From Bacteroidota bacterium (GTDB taxonomy: Bacteria > Bacteroidota > Bacteroidia > UBA8524), in NCBI GenBank assembly GCA_016124735.1, contig WGMZ01000031.1, forward strand, positions 121,992 through 185,991: 64,000 bases of DNA. The letters run 5' to 3'. The position numbers and the translations under genes are program-made. Each line of letters starts with the position of its first letter. Position 1 is the stretch's first letter. A model generated the notes under the pieces. The model was not told the origin of the DNA, ran no database searches, and saw nothing but the letters and a program-made list of their open reading frames with translations. Positions 48,350 through 57,830 of this stretch are shown in pieces.

Positions 48350-49060
48350 TTAGCGATAATAACTACGGTCGCGGTAAGGGAATTTTTTCGAACATCGCCG
48401 ATTCGCAATATTTATAGCATCATTTGCTTTCGTGTTGTAGTTAATATTCAATCTCAGCGGGACATTCCACAACATGCTTCCGTCGGCGCCATTCATCAAT
48501 TGACAATTCAGTTTGATCTCGTATGTCTTACTCGCATTAGAACTTACGTATGGCAAGGCAGTCGCTCCTGGAACCTGCATATTTCTAAGCACCTGTCCTG
48601 CGGCTATAATCCCAAAAGATTCCAGATCCGACAGGAATTTTTCCTTTTCCACCCGGGTGCATATCACCGATTGAACACCAAGAATACCCGCCAATCTTTC
48701 CGGCGATTCCTTCCATGCATCTGTAAGTACAACGCCACTATCCAATAGCAGGCGATTGGTAGTGGACGGGTTTTGAATTTCAATCTTGATTTTATGCCTG
48801 CCTGTTCCCGACCTTCTCAACAATTGGTTGTATAAGCTCAGTTGGAAGGCCTGAGATTCTGTTTCATTGATTTTCTGAAGGTCAGCAGGAGAAAGCTCTT
48901 TGATGAGTTTTCCAGTATAAACCATCTGATAAGGAATGATGGCCACCGATTGATGGTCTTGCGTTTTTTGTGTGAATTGTGGATTGGTGTACACATGGGC
49001 ACAGGAGGCCAGCATTAACAGGATTGGGGCCAGCAGAGGCAGTAGGTAATTTTTTCTCAT
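48350..49060 (-). CDS. hypothetical lipoprotein
   Basis: 236 aa. Lipobox LMLASC. No family recognised. Confidence 0.45.
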   Translation of the reverse strand: MRKNYLLPLLAPILLMLASCAHVYTNPQFTQKTQDHQSVAIIPYQMVYTGKLIKELSPADLQKINETESQAFQLSLYNQLLRRSGTGRHKIKIEIQNPSTTNRLLLDSGVVLTDAWKESPERLAGILGVQSVICTRVEKEKFLSDLESFGIIAAGQVLRNMQVPGATALPYVSSNASKTYEIKLNCQLMNGADGSMLWNVPLRLNINYNTKANDAINIANRRCSKKFPYRDRSYYR

Positions 49061-49096
49061 GGTTTCAGGACGAAGCGGTTAATCCTTCACTTCACT

Positions 49097-49507
49097 CTAC
49101 CAGCTAATACTTCTTTTTCCATCTTCCTCATGATTCAGGCTCACCCGAATTCCCTCTTCCGGCAATAAATCCAGCACCACTTCGGGCCATTCAATCAGAC
49201 AAATTGAACCTGAATCCAGGTATTCCAAAAATCCGATATCGAGTGCCTCATCCAGGCTGTTCATACGGTATAAATCGAAATGAAAAATGTGTTCGTCTGA
49301 ATTTTGATATTCATTAACCAGGCCAAAACTTGGGCTCGACACAAAATCACTTACTCCTAATGCTTTGCATATTTCCTGAATAGTAGTGGTTTTTCCCGTT
49401 CCCAAATTTCCGGAAAAGGTCATTATTCTTGATTCCTTTACCAGGTTTGCCAATGTTTTAGCCACCTCCCGTGTATTTTCTATGCTGGAAAGCAGATACT
49501 TTGGCAT
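49097..49507 (-). CDS. tsaE: tRNA threonylcarbamoyladenosine biosynthesis protein TsaE
   Basis: 136 aa. Walker A GNLGTGKTT typical of YjeE/TsaE. Confidence 0.85.
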   Translation of the reverse strand: MPKYLLSSIENTREVAKTLANLVKESRIMTFSGNLGTGKTTTIQEICKALGVSDFVSSPSFGLVNEYQNSDEHIFHFDLYRMNSLDEALDIGFLEYLDSGSICLIEWPEVVLDLLPEEGIRVSLNHEEDGKRSISW

Positions 49508-51060
49508 TATCCTTTTCCTTTGAGTGAGACAATCGGTATCATCATCTCTTCCATAGAAATACCTCCATGCTGAAAGGTATCCCGATAATATTTCACGTAG
49601 TAATTGTAGTTATTCGGATACGCGAAAAATCCTTGTTCCTCTGCAAAGACATAGGCCGAGCTCACGTGCAGGCGGGGTAAAAATCCTTCTGCCGGATTCT
49701 TGATCTCAAAAACTTCCTTTCGGTCGTAGCTCAGATTCTTGCCTTGCTTATAACGCAAATTGGTATTGGTATTTTTATCGCCCACAATTTTAATTGGATC
49801 TTTGACCCGGACGGATCCGTGGTCTGTTGAAATAATCAATTTCACCTTTTTATCGCTGATGCGTTTAAGTGCTTCCAACAAAGGCGAATGCTCAAACCAA
49901 CTTAAAGTCACAGAGCGGTAGGCTGCCTCATCTTCCGACAACTCACGCATCAATGACACATCAGTACGGGCATGTGACAATGCATCCACGAAATTGTAAA
50001 CTATCACACTCAGGTCAAAATTCAGCATGTTCGGGATCTGGTCTACCAGGCTCTTACCTCCGTCCAGATTGGTTATTTTGGTATAGCTGAACTTTGTGCC
50101 TTTTCGGGTTCTGTTTAATTGATCTGCGAGAAAATCTTCTTCAAAATTGTTCTTCCCTCCCTCGTCTTCGTCGTTGCTCCACATCTTCGGAAACCGCTTT
50201 TCAATTTCTGAAGGCAGGAGGCCGGAAAAAATCGAATTCCGGCAGTATTGGGTGGTAGTTGGGAGAATACTCATATAAAGGTCTTCCTCCTCCACCGTAA
50301 AATATTCACTCAGCACCGGTTGTATCACTTTCCATTGATCAAAGCGCAGATTGTCAATCAAGAGAAAAACCACCGGGGTTTCACCGTCCACATGAGGAAG
50401 GATTTTACGGCGCATCAACTCATGACTCATCATCGGCGCTTTCGGATCCCGGTTATTGACGAAGTTAAGGTAGTTTTTCCGAACAAAATCCGACCAGTTA
50501 TGATTGGCCTCGGCCTTTTGCGTATTCAACACTTCATCCATCCCGGAATCTTTCGATGCACGAAGCTCCAGGTCCCAATACACCAACTTCCGGTACATTC
50601 CTTTCCACGCCTCGAAATCCAAATCATCCATAAAAGCCATGGAGATATTGCGGAAATCCTGCTGGTATCCCTGGGCCGTCTTTTCGGAGATGAGACGTTT
50701 GTTATCGACTATCTTTTTAATGGTCAGCAAAATCTGATTCGGATTCACCGGTTTGATCAGGTAATCGGCAATTTTAGAACCGATGGCCTCCTCCATGATG
50801 TATTCCTCTTCACTTTTGGTAATCATCACCACGGGCACGTCGTTCATGGCTTCTTTGATTCGACTCAGTGTTTCCAGTCCGCTTAAGCCCGGCATGTTCT
50901 CATCTAAAAAGATGACATCGAAGCGCTTTTTCTGAACTTCATCCACCGCATCAAGACCACTGTTTACGGTGGTTAAATCGTATCCTTTTCCTTGCAGAAA
51001 GAGAATATGGGGTTTCAATAAATCGATTTCGTCGTCAGCCCAGAGTATTTTAATTGCCAT
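49507..51060 (-). CDS. porX: response regulator with C-terminal PglZ (alkaline-phosphatase-like) domain, PorX-like
   Basis: 517 aa. N-terminal CheY receiver (ILWADDE...D at FLDENMPG) and a ~380-aa C-terminal PglZ-type domain. Length and architecture match the T9SS regulator PorX. 1-nt overlap with tsaE. Confidence 0.65.
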   Translation of the reverse strand: MAIKILWADDEIDLLKPHILFLQGKGYDLTTVNSGLDAVDEVQKKRFDVIFLDENMPGLSGLETLSRIKEAMNDVPVVMITKSEEEYIMEEAIGSKIADYLIKPVNPNQILLTIKKIVDNKRLISEKTAQGYQQDFRNISMAFMDDLDFEAWKGMYRKLVYWDLELRASKDSGMDEVLNTQKAEANHNWSDFVRKNYLNFVNNRDPKAPMMSHELMRRKILPHVDGETPVVFLLIDNLRFDQWKVIQPVLSEYFTVEEEDLYMSILPTTTQYCRNSIFSGLLPSEIEKRFPKMWSNDEDEGGKNNFEEDFLADQLNRTRKGTKFSYTKITNLDGGKSLVDQIPNMLNFDLSVIVYNFVDALSHARTDVSLMRELSEDEAAYRSVTLSWFEHSPLLEALKRISDKKVKLIISTDHGSVRVKDPIKIVGDKNTNTNLRYKQGKNLSYDRKEVFEIKNPAEGFLPRLHVSSAYVFAEEQGFFAYPNNYNYYVKYYRDTFQHGGISMEEMMIPIVSLKGKG

Positions 51061-51240
51061 AGTTAGTGTAACGCATGAATCCCGTTTTCCTTACGCAAAG
51101 GTGGGAAAATATAATGGAAGACCATAGACCATGGTAGATGTTCCATAGCTCAATTGGCTCAAATCACTTATTCCGTAATTATTTCATGATTCTCCACTTT
51201 ATCTGCATTTTGCCCAAGATGGGGATCATCCTATTTCTTT

Positions 51241-51314
51241 TTATTGTATGTTCATTTTGTCTTGATGTTTCGACTTGGCTCAGCATAAATTCCAAATGAA
51301 AGAAAAAATCAATT
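51241..51314. repeat. ~70-bp hairpin-bounded interspersed repeat, copy 1
   Basis: TTATTGTATGTTCATTTTGTCTTGATGTTTCGACTTGGCTCAGCATAAATTCCAAATGAAAGAAAAAATCAA. About 90% identical to 60961-61032. Terminal inverted repeat GTTCATTT...AAATGAA. Confidence 0.6.
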
Positions 51315-51497
51315 TCTTAAAGACTGTGATGTGATCTTTAGCTGGCGCAAGTATTAGGGGCCTGGCTTCCGTCCAGAAATCTATCGGGAGGGCACACCTG
51401 CGGTCTGACGGAGCATTGCAAGCCTGCCAGCATCCGGTTCATTGGAGGAATTGTTTCTCTCAGATAAACCCAATTTGCCGTAAATTCGCTGCCTGCT

Positions 51498-52715
51498 TTG
51501 AATAAAAGAAAAAACATCAACGACCCGCTTTACGGATTTCTCACCCTTCCCTACGACATCCTTTTCGATCTGATTGAACATCCCTACTTTCAGCGATTGC
51601 GGCGGATTCGTCAGATGGGAATGAGCCACCTGGTTTTTCCCGGAGCCAACCATACCCGTTTTCACCATGCGCTGGGTGCCCTATTCCTGATGAACGAAGC
51701 GTTGAAAAACCTGCGCGATAAAGATGTGGAAATAACCGATGACGAAGCCGAAGGGGCCTGTATCGCGATCTTATTGCATGATATAGGTCATGGACCATTT
51801 TCGCATACCCTGGAAAGAACCATCGTGAGCGGTGTGCACCACGAAGACATCTCGCTGGCCATGATGGAGCAGATGAATGTGGATTTCAAGGGGCGACTGG
51901 ATACGGCCATTGCCATATTCACCGACAAATACCCGAAGCATTTTTTACATCAATTGGTCAGCTCACAACTAGACATGGATCGCCTGGATTACCTACTCCG
52001 CGATAGTTTTTACTCGGGTGTTTCTGAAGGGGTGGTTAGCTCCGACCGCATTATCAAAATGCTGTATGTAGTGAATGATGAGTTGGTGGTGGAAGAGAAA
52101 GGGATTTATTCCATCGAGAAATTCATCATTGCCAGAAGATTGATGTATTGGCAGGTCTATCTCCATAAAACAGTTGTGGCTGCCGAAGAATTACTCCTGA
52201 AGATTCTGGAGCGGGCCAAAGAACTGGCCTCCAAAGGGGAAGAGTTATTCTGCACTCCCGATTTTCATTACTTCCTGTACGATCACAGTGAAAAAGAAGA
52301 TTTCGTGCATCGACGGGATTTACTGAATCGTTTTTCATTGTTAGATGATAATGATGTGATGAGTTCCATCAAAGTTTGGATGAGCCATTCCGACAAAGTG
52401 CTGAGTATTCTATGCGAAAACCTGATCAATCGTCATCTGCCTAAAATAAGGGTGGAACGCAGTACGATTCCCAGAGAGGAGATTCAGAAACATCGCGAAA
52501 AGATGATGAAAAGGTTAAATCTCAGCGAATCGGAATCGCGCTATTTTGTCTATTCCGGAAAACTGGAAAACAAGGCCTACGATACGCAAAGCCGCGGAAT
52601 CTCTCTTTTGATGAAGAGTGGTGAGGTAGTGGATATCGCTGAAGCTTCCGATAATTACAACTTGAAGGCCCTGAAAGGCAGTGTACTCAAGCACTTTCTT
52701 TGTTATTACAAATAG
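51498..52715 (+). CDS. HD-domain phosphohydrolase (dGTPase-like HD superfamily)
   Basis: 405 aa with an apparent TTG start. HD motif H...HD (RFHHALG...LLHDIGHGPFSH). Confidence 0.8.
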   Translation: MNKRKNINDPLYGFLTLPYDILFDLIEHPYFQRLRRIRQMGMSHLVFPGANHTRFHHALGALFLMNEALKNLRDKDVEITDDEAEGACIAILLHDIGHGPFSHTLERTIVSGVHHEDISLAMMEQMNVDFKGRLDTAIAIFTDKYPKHFLHQLVSSQLDMDRLDYLLRDSFYSGVSEGVVSSDRIIKMLYVVNDELVVEEKGIYSIEKFIIARRLMYWQVYLHKTVVAAEELLLKILERAKELASKGEELFCTPDFHYFLYDHSEKEDFVHRRDLLNRFSLLDDNDVMSSIKVWMSHSDKVLSILCENLINRHLPKIRVERSTIPREEIQKHREKMMKRLNLSESESRYFVYSGKLENKAYDTQSRGISLLMKSGEVVDIAEASDNYNLKALKGSVLKHFLCYYK

Positions 52716-52736
52716 CTAACTTGCACACGATTTTCT

Positions 52737-53789
52737 ATGCAAATTACTGCCGAAGCATTATGCCAACTCCTGAACGGCACCCTGGAAGGGGATGCCCGGG
52801 CCGTAGTGGATTCTGTAGCCAAGATTGAAGAAGGCCATTCACACTCGCTCTCCTTTCTTGCCAATCCAAAATACGAAGAGTTTCTCTATACCACCGAGTC
52901 AGGAATCGTTTTGGTTTCCAAGGATTTTAAACCCAGCAAACCCGTTCGCACCACCCTTGTTCGTGTAGATGACCCTTATGTAGCATTCACTGCCATCTTA
53001 AGCGAATACGTTGCGCAAATCAACAATAAATCAGGTATTGAAGAACCTTCCTTTATCGGAGAGAATAGCGAAGTAGGAGAAGGGATCTATCTTGGCGCAT
53101 TTGCCTATATCGGCAAAAACTGCCGCATCGGGAAAAACGTAAAAATCTATCCGAATTGTGTGATTGGCGATAATGTGGAAATTGGCGACAATACGATCCT
53201 TTATCCCAATGTAACCGTCTATCTGCACTGTAAAATCGGCGCTAACTGCATCCTTCATTCCGGGGTGGTGGTTGGATCAGATGGATTTGGTTTTGCACCC
53301 CAAACGGATGGAAGCTATGCCAAGATACCGCAAACCGGAAATGTAGTAATAGAAGATGAGGTGGAAATTGGTGCCAATACCTGCCTCGACCGGGCAACCA
53401 TGGGCAGCACCATTGTCCGCAAAGGAGCGAAGCTTGATAACCTGGTCCAGATTGCCCACAATGTAGAGGTGGGGGAGAATACGGTCATCGCAGGCGCCAC
53501 GGCCGTAGCCGGAAGCACCAAACTCGGTAAGAACATGGTTGTAGGCGGACAAGTAGGTATTGCCGGTCATATTCAGTTGGCCGACGGGACTAAAATTGCT
53601 GCTCAATCGGGAATACTCAGCACCATCAAAGAACCCGGAAAAAACATGATGGGCTCTCCCGCGTTTGAATTCAAACAATATTTTAAATCGCAGGCAGTTT
53701 TCCGAAATTTGCCGGAGTTAGATAAACGTGTTCATGATCTGCAACAGGAGCTCGATGCGCTTAAAGTAGCAATGAACGAAAATAAATAG
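52737..53789 (+). CDS. lpxD: UDP-3-O-(3-hydroxyacyl)glucosamine N-acyltransferase
   Basis: 350 aa. LpxD N-terminal domain, hexapeptide left-handed beta-helix repeats and a C-terminal coiled-coil. Confidence 0.9.
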   Translation: MQITAEALCQLLNGTLEGDARAVVDSVAKIEEGHSHSLSFLANPKYEEFLYTTESGIVLVSKDFKPSKPVRTTLVRVDDPYVAFTAILSEYVAQINNKSGIEEPSFIGENSEVGEGIYLGAFAYIGKNCRIGKNVKIYPNCVIGDNVEIGDNTILYPNVTVYLHCKIGANCILHSGVVVGSDGFGFAPQTDGSYAKIPQTGNVVIEDEVEIGANTCLDRATMGSTIVRKGAKLDNLVQIAHNVEVGENTVIAGATAVAGSTKLGKNMVVGGQVGIAGHIQLADGTKIAAQSGILSTIKEPGKNMMGSPAFEFKQYFKSQAVFRNLPELDKRVHDLQQELDALKVAMNENK

Positions 53790-53792
53790 ACT

Positions 53793-55214
53793 GTGAAACA
53801 GACAACACTCAAAGAACCCATTGAATTTCGTGGGGTGGGGCTCCATACCGGAGCAGAGAATGTGATGACGGTTTTGCCGGCACCCGAAAATCATGGCTAT
53901 AAATTCCAGCGTATGGACGCAGAAGGCCAGCCGATAATCGAAGCCGATTGTGATTTGGTAGTGGATACATCCCGCGGAACCACGCTCGAAAAGCACGGTG
54001 CCCGTGTTTATACCGTAGAACATATCCTGGCTGCTCTGGCAGGATCAGAAATCGACAATGCCCTGATTCAACTCACAGGTCCGGAAATTCCAATCATGGA
54101 TGGAAGTTCGGAAATATTCATCAGAGAAATAATGCGTGTGGGAACGGTTGAACAAGATGCGGACAGGGAATATTTTGCTATTCCTCAAAACATCCGTTAT
54201 ACCGAAGAAGAAAGAGGTGTTGATATGGTCGCCATGCAGCTGGATGATTATCGTCTGACAGTAATGGTTGATTATAATTCTCCCGTATTGGGTAGCCAAC
54301 ACGCTTCCATTACCAGTCTGAAAGAATTTAAAGATGAAGTAGCACCAAGCCGCACCTTCTGCTTCCTGCATGAGTTGGAACAGCTTCTGGAAGCCAACCT
54401 CATCAAAGGAGGCGACTTGAACAATGCAATAGTTATAGTGGATCGAGTGGTAGAACCCGGAGAGCTGGCACATCTCGCTTCCCTCTTTAATAAACCCACG
54501 GTCGAAGTTCGGAAAGAAGGCATCCTGAACAATGTTGACCTTCGTTTCCAGAACGAGCCGGCACGGCATAAATTGCTCGACCTCATTGGCGATCTGGCTC
54601 TAATCGGAATGCCAATCAAAGCACAAATCATGGCTGCGCGTCCAGGGCATGCCGCCAACGTGGCGTTTGCTAAAAAGATCAAAGCCATGATCAAAAAGAG
54701 GAAAGCCAAGGCCAATGTTCCTCACTATGATCCGAACAAAAAACCTGTTCTCGATCACGTTGCCATTTCAAACCTCCTGCCCCATAAGTTTCCATTCTTG
54801 TTGGTAGACAAGGTAATTGAGCTGAGTAGCAACCATGTGGTGGCTGTAAAAAATGTCACTGCCGATCAGTATTTCTTTCCAGGCCACTTTCCAAATAACC
54901 CAATCATGCCTGGAGTTCTCATGGTAGAAACCATGGCGCAGGCAGGCGGTGTATTGGTTTTAAGTGATGTGCCAGATCCCGAAAATTACAGCACCTATTT
55001 TATGAAAATAGATAATGTACGGTTCAAAGACAAAGTTGTTCCGGGCGACACCCTGGTTTTAAGATTGGAACTAACCGCTCCTATTCGCAGAGGTGTGTGT
55101 ATGATGAAAGGAATCGGATATGTCGGAGATAAAGCTGTAATTGAAGCAGAAATGATGGCACAAGTAATACGCGACAGAGCACCGGCAGACGAACCAGGAA
55201 CTCCATCCGCTTGA
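53793..55214 (+). CDS. lpxC/fabZ: bifunctional UDP-3-O-acyl-GlcNAc deacetylase / 3-hydroxyacyl-ACP dehydratase (LpxC-FabZ fusion)
   Basis: 473 aa. N-terminal LpxC (HTG...TVEHILAAL), C-terminal FabZ hotdog ([19 protein letters not shown]). GTG start. The fusion is characteristic of Bacteroidota. Confidence 0.9.
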   Translation: MKQTTLKEPIEFRGVGLHTGAENVMTVLPAPENHGYKFQRMDAEGQPIIEADCDLVVDTSRGTTLEKHGARVYTVEHILAALAGSEIDNALIQLTGPEIPIMDGSSEIFIREIMRVGTVEQDADREYFAIPQNIRYTEEERGVDMVAMQLDDYRLTVMVDYNSPVLGSQHASITSLKEFKDEVAPSRTFCFLHELEQLLEANLIKGGDLNNAIVIVDRVVEPGELAHLASLFNKPTVEVRKEGILNNVDLRFQNEPARHKLLDLIGDLALIGMPIKAQIMAARPGHAANVAFAKKIKAMIKKRKAKANVPHYDPNKKPVLDHVAISNLLPHKFPFLLVDKVIELSSNHVVAVKNVTADQYFFPGHFPNNPIMPGVLMVETMAQAGGVLVLSDVPDPENYSTYFMKIDNVRFKDKVVPGDTLVLRLELTAPIRRGVCMMKGIGYVGDKAVIEAEMMAQVIRDRAPADEPGTPSA

Positions 55215-55237
55215 TATAAACCAAAAAGAAAAGGAAA

Positions 55238-56029
55238 ATGATTCAACCCCTTGCTTACGTAGATCCACAGGCAAAGATTGCCGACAATGTGGTGATTGAG
55301 CCCTTTGTGACGATACATAAGAATGTACAGATCGGCGAAGGCACCTGGATTGGTTCCAATGTAACCATTTTTGAAGGTGCCCGCATTGGAAAAAACTGCA
55401 AAATTTTTCCAGGAGCCGTCATATCTGCCGCACCACAGGATCTGAAATACAAAGGAGAAGAAACAACCCTGGAAATAGGCGATAATACGGTTATACGTGA
55501 GTGCGTAACCCTCAACAAAGGAACAGCTCTGGACAAAAATAAAACCGTCATTGGCTCCAATTGCCTTATCATGGCTTATGTCCACGTGGGGCACGATTGT
55601 ATCATTGGAGACAATGTTATTATTGCGAACAGTGTGCAATTGGCGGGACATATCGAAGTGCAGGATTTTGTTTACATCGCCGGAACCACAGCTGTTCATC
55701 AGTTTGTGAAAATCGGAGCCCATTCCATGGTAGCAGGTGGTTCTCTTGTTAGAAAAGACGTTCCTCCCTACACCAAGGCCGGACGCGAGCCAATTTCTTA
55801 TGAAGGCGTAAACTCCATCGGTCTGCGCCGAAGAGGGTTTAGCCCGGAGAAGATTTCCGAAATACAGGAGATTTACCGAATTCTCTATTTACGCGGACAC
55901 AACAACTCCAAAGCCATGGGCATCATTGAAAAAGAGATGGAACCCACCAAAGAACGTGACGAAATTCTGAGCTTTATCAAGGAATCCGACCGGGGAGTAA
56001 TGAAAGGTTATATCTCCCGAAGGGATTAA
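55238..56029 (+). CDS. lpxA: acyl-ACP--UDP-N-acetylglucosamine O-acyltransferase
   Basis: 263 aa. Hexapeptide repeats and a C-terminal LpxA helical domain. Confidence 0.9.
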   Translation: MIQPLAYVDPQAKIADNVVIEPFVTIHKNVQIGEGTWIGSNVTIFEGARIGKNCKIFPGAVISAAPQDLKYKGEETTLEIGDNTVIRECVTLNKGTALDKNKTVIGSNCLIMAYVHVGHDCIIGDNVIIANSVQLAGHIEVQDFVYIAGTTAVHQFVKIGAHSMVAGGSLVRKDVPPYTKAGREPISYEGVNSIGLRRRGFSPEKISEIQEIYRILYLRGHNNSKAMGIIEKEMEPTKERDEILSFIKESDRGVMKGYISRRD

Positions 56030-56032
56030 AAA

Positions 56033-56659
56033 ATGGAAGCCTTTGAAATTCGTGTCGAAGGCGCAGGGAAAAAATTCGGACGCGACTGGATTTTCAAGGC
56101 CGTGAATGCCCAATTTTCCCTTGGCGAAAAAGTAGCCATTCTTGGACATAACGGTTCGGGGAAGAGCACTTTTCTTATGTCTCTTTCTGGCTTTTATGCC
56201 CTATCAAAAGGAAATATCTGTTGGTTTCAAACTGAAAAAAATATTGAAGATTTGAATTGGTACCAGCACTATGCTCTGATCTCTCCGCTGCTTGAACTTC
56301 CGGAAGATTTTACCATCGACGAATTCCTCGATCTCCATTTTCATCTGAAAAAGATGAAAGCCGGTTGGACCAAACAAAAAATGCTGGAACGTACAGGTTT
56401 AGAAAATGCCCGGCATAAGTATCTAAAGCACTTGTCTTCTGGCATGCGTCAGCGTCTTAAACTGCTTGCTGCATTTGTGCCGGACCTACCTGTCATCTTT
56501 CTGGATGAACCCTGCACCAACCTCGACGAGCATGGTATTTCCCTGTACAAGGAACTTATCACCGAATCCAAAGACCAGTTGATTCTGGTGGCGTCGAACA
56601 TGAAAGTGGAATACGAATTCTGCGAGCGGGTGATCGAGATGGAGGCGCTTCGGGCTTAG
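56033..56659 (+). CDS. ABC transporter ATP-binding protein (orphan, no permease adjacent)
   Basis: 208 aa. Walker A GHNGSGKST, signature LSSGMRQRL, Walker B IFLDEP. Confidence 0.8.
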   Translation: MEAFEIRVEGAGKKFGRDWIFKAVNAQFSLGEKVAILGHNGSGKSTFLMSLSGFYALSKGNICWFQTEKNIEDLNWYQHYALISPLLELPEDFTIDEFLDLHFHLKKMKAGWTKQKMLERTGLENARHKYLKHLSSGMRQRLKLLAAFVPDLPVIFLDEPCTNLDEHGISLYKELITESKDQLILVASNMKVEYEFCERVIEMEALRA

Positions 56660-56675
56660 TTTGCTTTTCGAGATT

Positions 56676-57040
56676 TTTAACGCAGGACGCAAAAAGGGAA
56701 TGCTGGCGCACAACGGAGACGCGGTTGTGTTTGACACTGATTGCAAATTCTTTGAAAAAAAATGAACGCAGAGGACGCAAAATGGGAATGCTGGCGCACA
56801 ACGGAGACGCAGTTGATTTTGCTCGCTCAAATTTAGACGCGGGGACGCAAAAGGTTAAGCTTGCGCCAGACGGAGACGCGGTTTTGATTGCCGATGAATA
56901 TTTCATCCCAATAAATATTCGACGCGGAGACGCGGTTGTGCTTGACTCTGATTAATTCTTCATTGAAATAAATTTTGACGTGGGGACGCAATAATTTAAA
57001 CGCCTGCGCCTGAAGAAGACGTAGTTGTGTTAATGCGTTC
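56676..57040 (+). repeat. array of ~5 degenerate 57-86-bp repeats (family 2, forward orientation)
   Basis: Units begin at 56680, 56766, 56836, 56921 and 56978. Core: GACGC.GGGACGCAAAA...GCTGGCGCACAACGGAGACGCGGTTGTG. The array starts 17 nt after the ABC ATPase stop. Confidence 0.7.
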
Positions 57041-57119
57041 CTTGTCAAAGTATGGTCAAAACAGTGTCATATTCAATCCGATGCATTGACCATTAGTTGA
57101 AACATATGGAAATTCCAGT

Positions 57120-57518
57120 ATGAATCAGTTGGATAAAGCTAAAATTGAAAACCGAATAGCTACCAAAATTATTGAAGCAGCATTCGAGGTTTATGATCAA
57201 CTTGGGCCAGGGTTAATGGAAAGTGCCTATTCTTATTGCTTGATGTTGGAATTTAAAGAAAAAGGTTTGGCCTTTAAATCTGAACTGGCGTTACCCATTG
57301 AATATAAAAGCCACAAGCTAAACCATCATTACCGACTAGATTTTCTGGTCGAGGACAAAGTCGTAATCGAATTGAAAGCAACAGAATCGATTCATGAAGT
57401 GCATTATGCGCAACTGTTAACCTATTTGAAATTAAGTCGGCGTAAACTAGGACTATTGATCAACTTCCATTCTTCCTTCTTTAAATCAGGAATAAAACGA
57501 GTCGTCAACGGATTATAA
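57120..57518 (+). CDS. GxxExxY protein (PD-(D/E)XK-like small protein family)
   Basis: 132 aa. Family-defining G..ES.Y (MESAYSYCL) plus conserved D...E.K (DFLVEDKVVIELKA). Confidence 0.8.
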   Translation: MNQLDKAKIENRIATKIIEAAFEVYDQLGPGLMESAYSYCLMLEFKEKGLAFKSELALPIEYKSHKLNHHYRLDFLVEDKVVIELKATESIHEVHYAQLLTYLKLSRRKLGLLINFHSSFFKSGIKRVVNGL

Positions 57519-57548
57519 ATGACCCATCGAAAGAGAGAACTGCGCCTC

Positions 57549-57828
57549 CGTTGCGCGACAGCTTAATTCTCCTGCGTCTCCGTTAAAAATTCAAGCGATC
57601 ATGAATTTATCCGGGAAATAACTCTTTCTCACTATCAAAAAAACTGCGCCTCCGTCGTGCGACAGCCCAAATTATCCTGCGACTCCGCATTAACAATTCA
57701 AGCGAGCATAAATTTATCCGGGAAATAACTCTTTCTCACTATCAAAAAAACTGCGCCTCCGTCGGGCGTCAGCCTATAAACTTCTGCGACTCCGCGTCAA
57801 AAATTAGAGCGAGTAAAGAAAATGAAGC
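57549..57828 (-). repeat. array of 3 ~105-bp repeats (family 2, inverted orientation)
   Basis: Units at 57549, 57654 and 57760. The reverse complement aligns to the 56.7-kb array (…TTAAGCTGTCGCGCAACGGAGGCGCAG vs …TTAAGCTTGCGCCAGACGGAGACGCGG). R1 and R2 share an identical 40-bp tail. The array ends 2 nt before the stop of the M20 peptidase gene. Confidence 0.75.
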
Positions 57829-57830
57829 GC

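Noticed and set aside
51340-51450. GC-rich intergenic block considered as SRP RNA or tmRNA
   Set aside because: Compared by eye with the conserved SRP domain IV (…GGUCAGGUCCGGAAGGAAGCAGC…) and tmRNA 5'/3' tRNA-like ends. Neither motif set is present in either orientation. Kept only as an unexplained structured region in the findings.
53277-54715. Antisense ORFs inside lpxD and lpxC/fabZ (53277..53678, 54045..54569, 54272..54715)
   Set aside because: These are codon-shadow ORFs opposite strongly conserved lipid-A genes. No signal peptide or domain features.
56676-57828. Repeat arrays around the GxxExxY gene considered as a CRISPR array
   Set aside because: Unit lengths vary from 57 to 105 bp and copies are only ~70-90% identical with indels. 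There is no constant repeat/variable spacer alternation, and the two arrays are inverted relative to each other. No cas genes are nearby.
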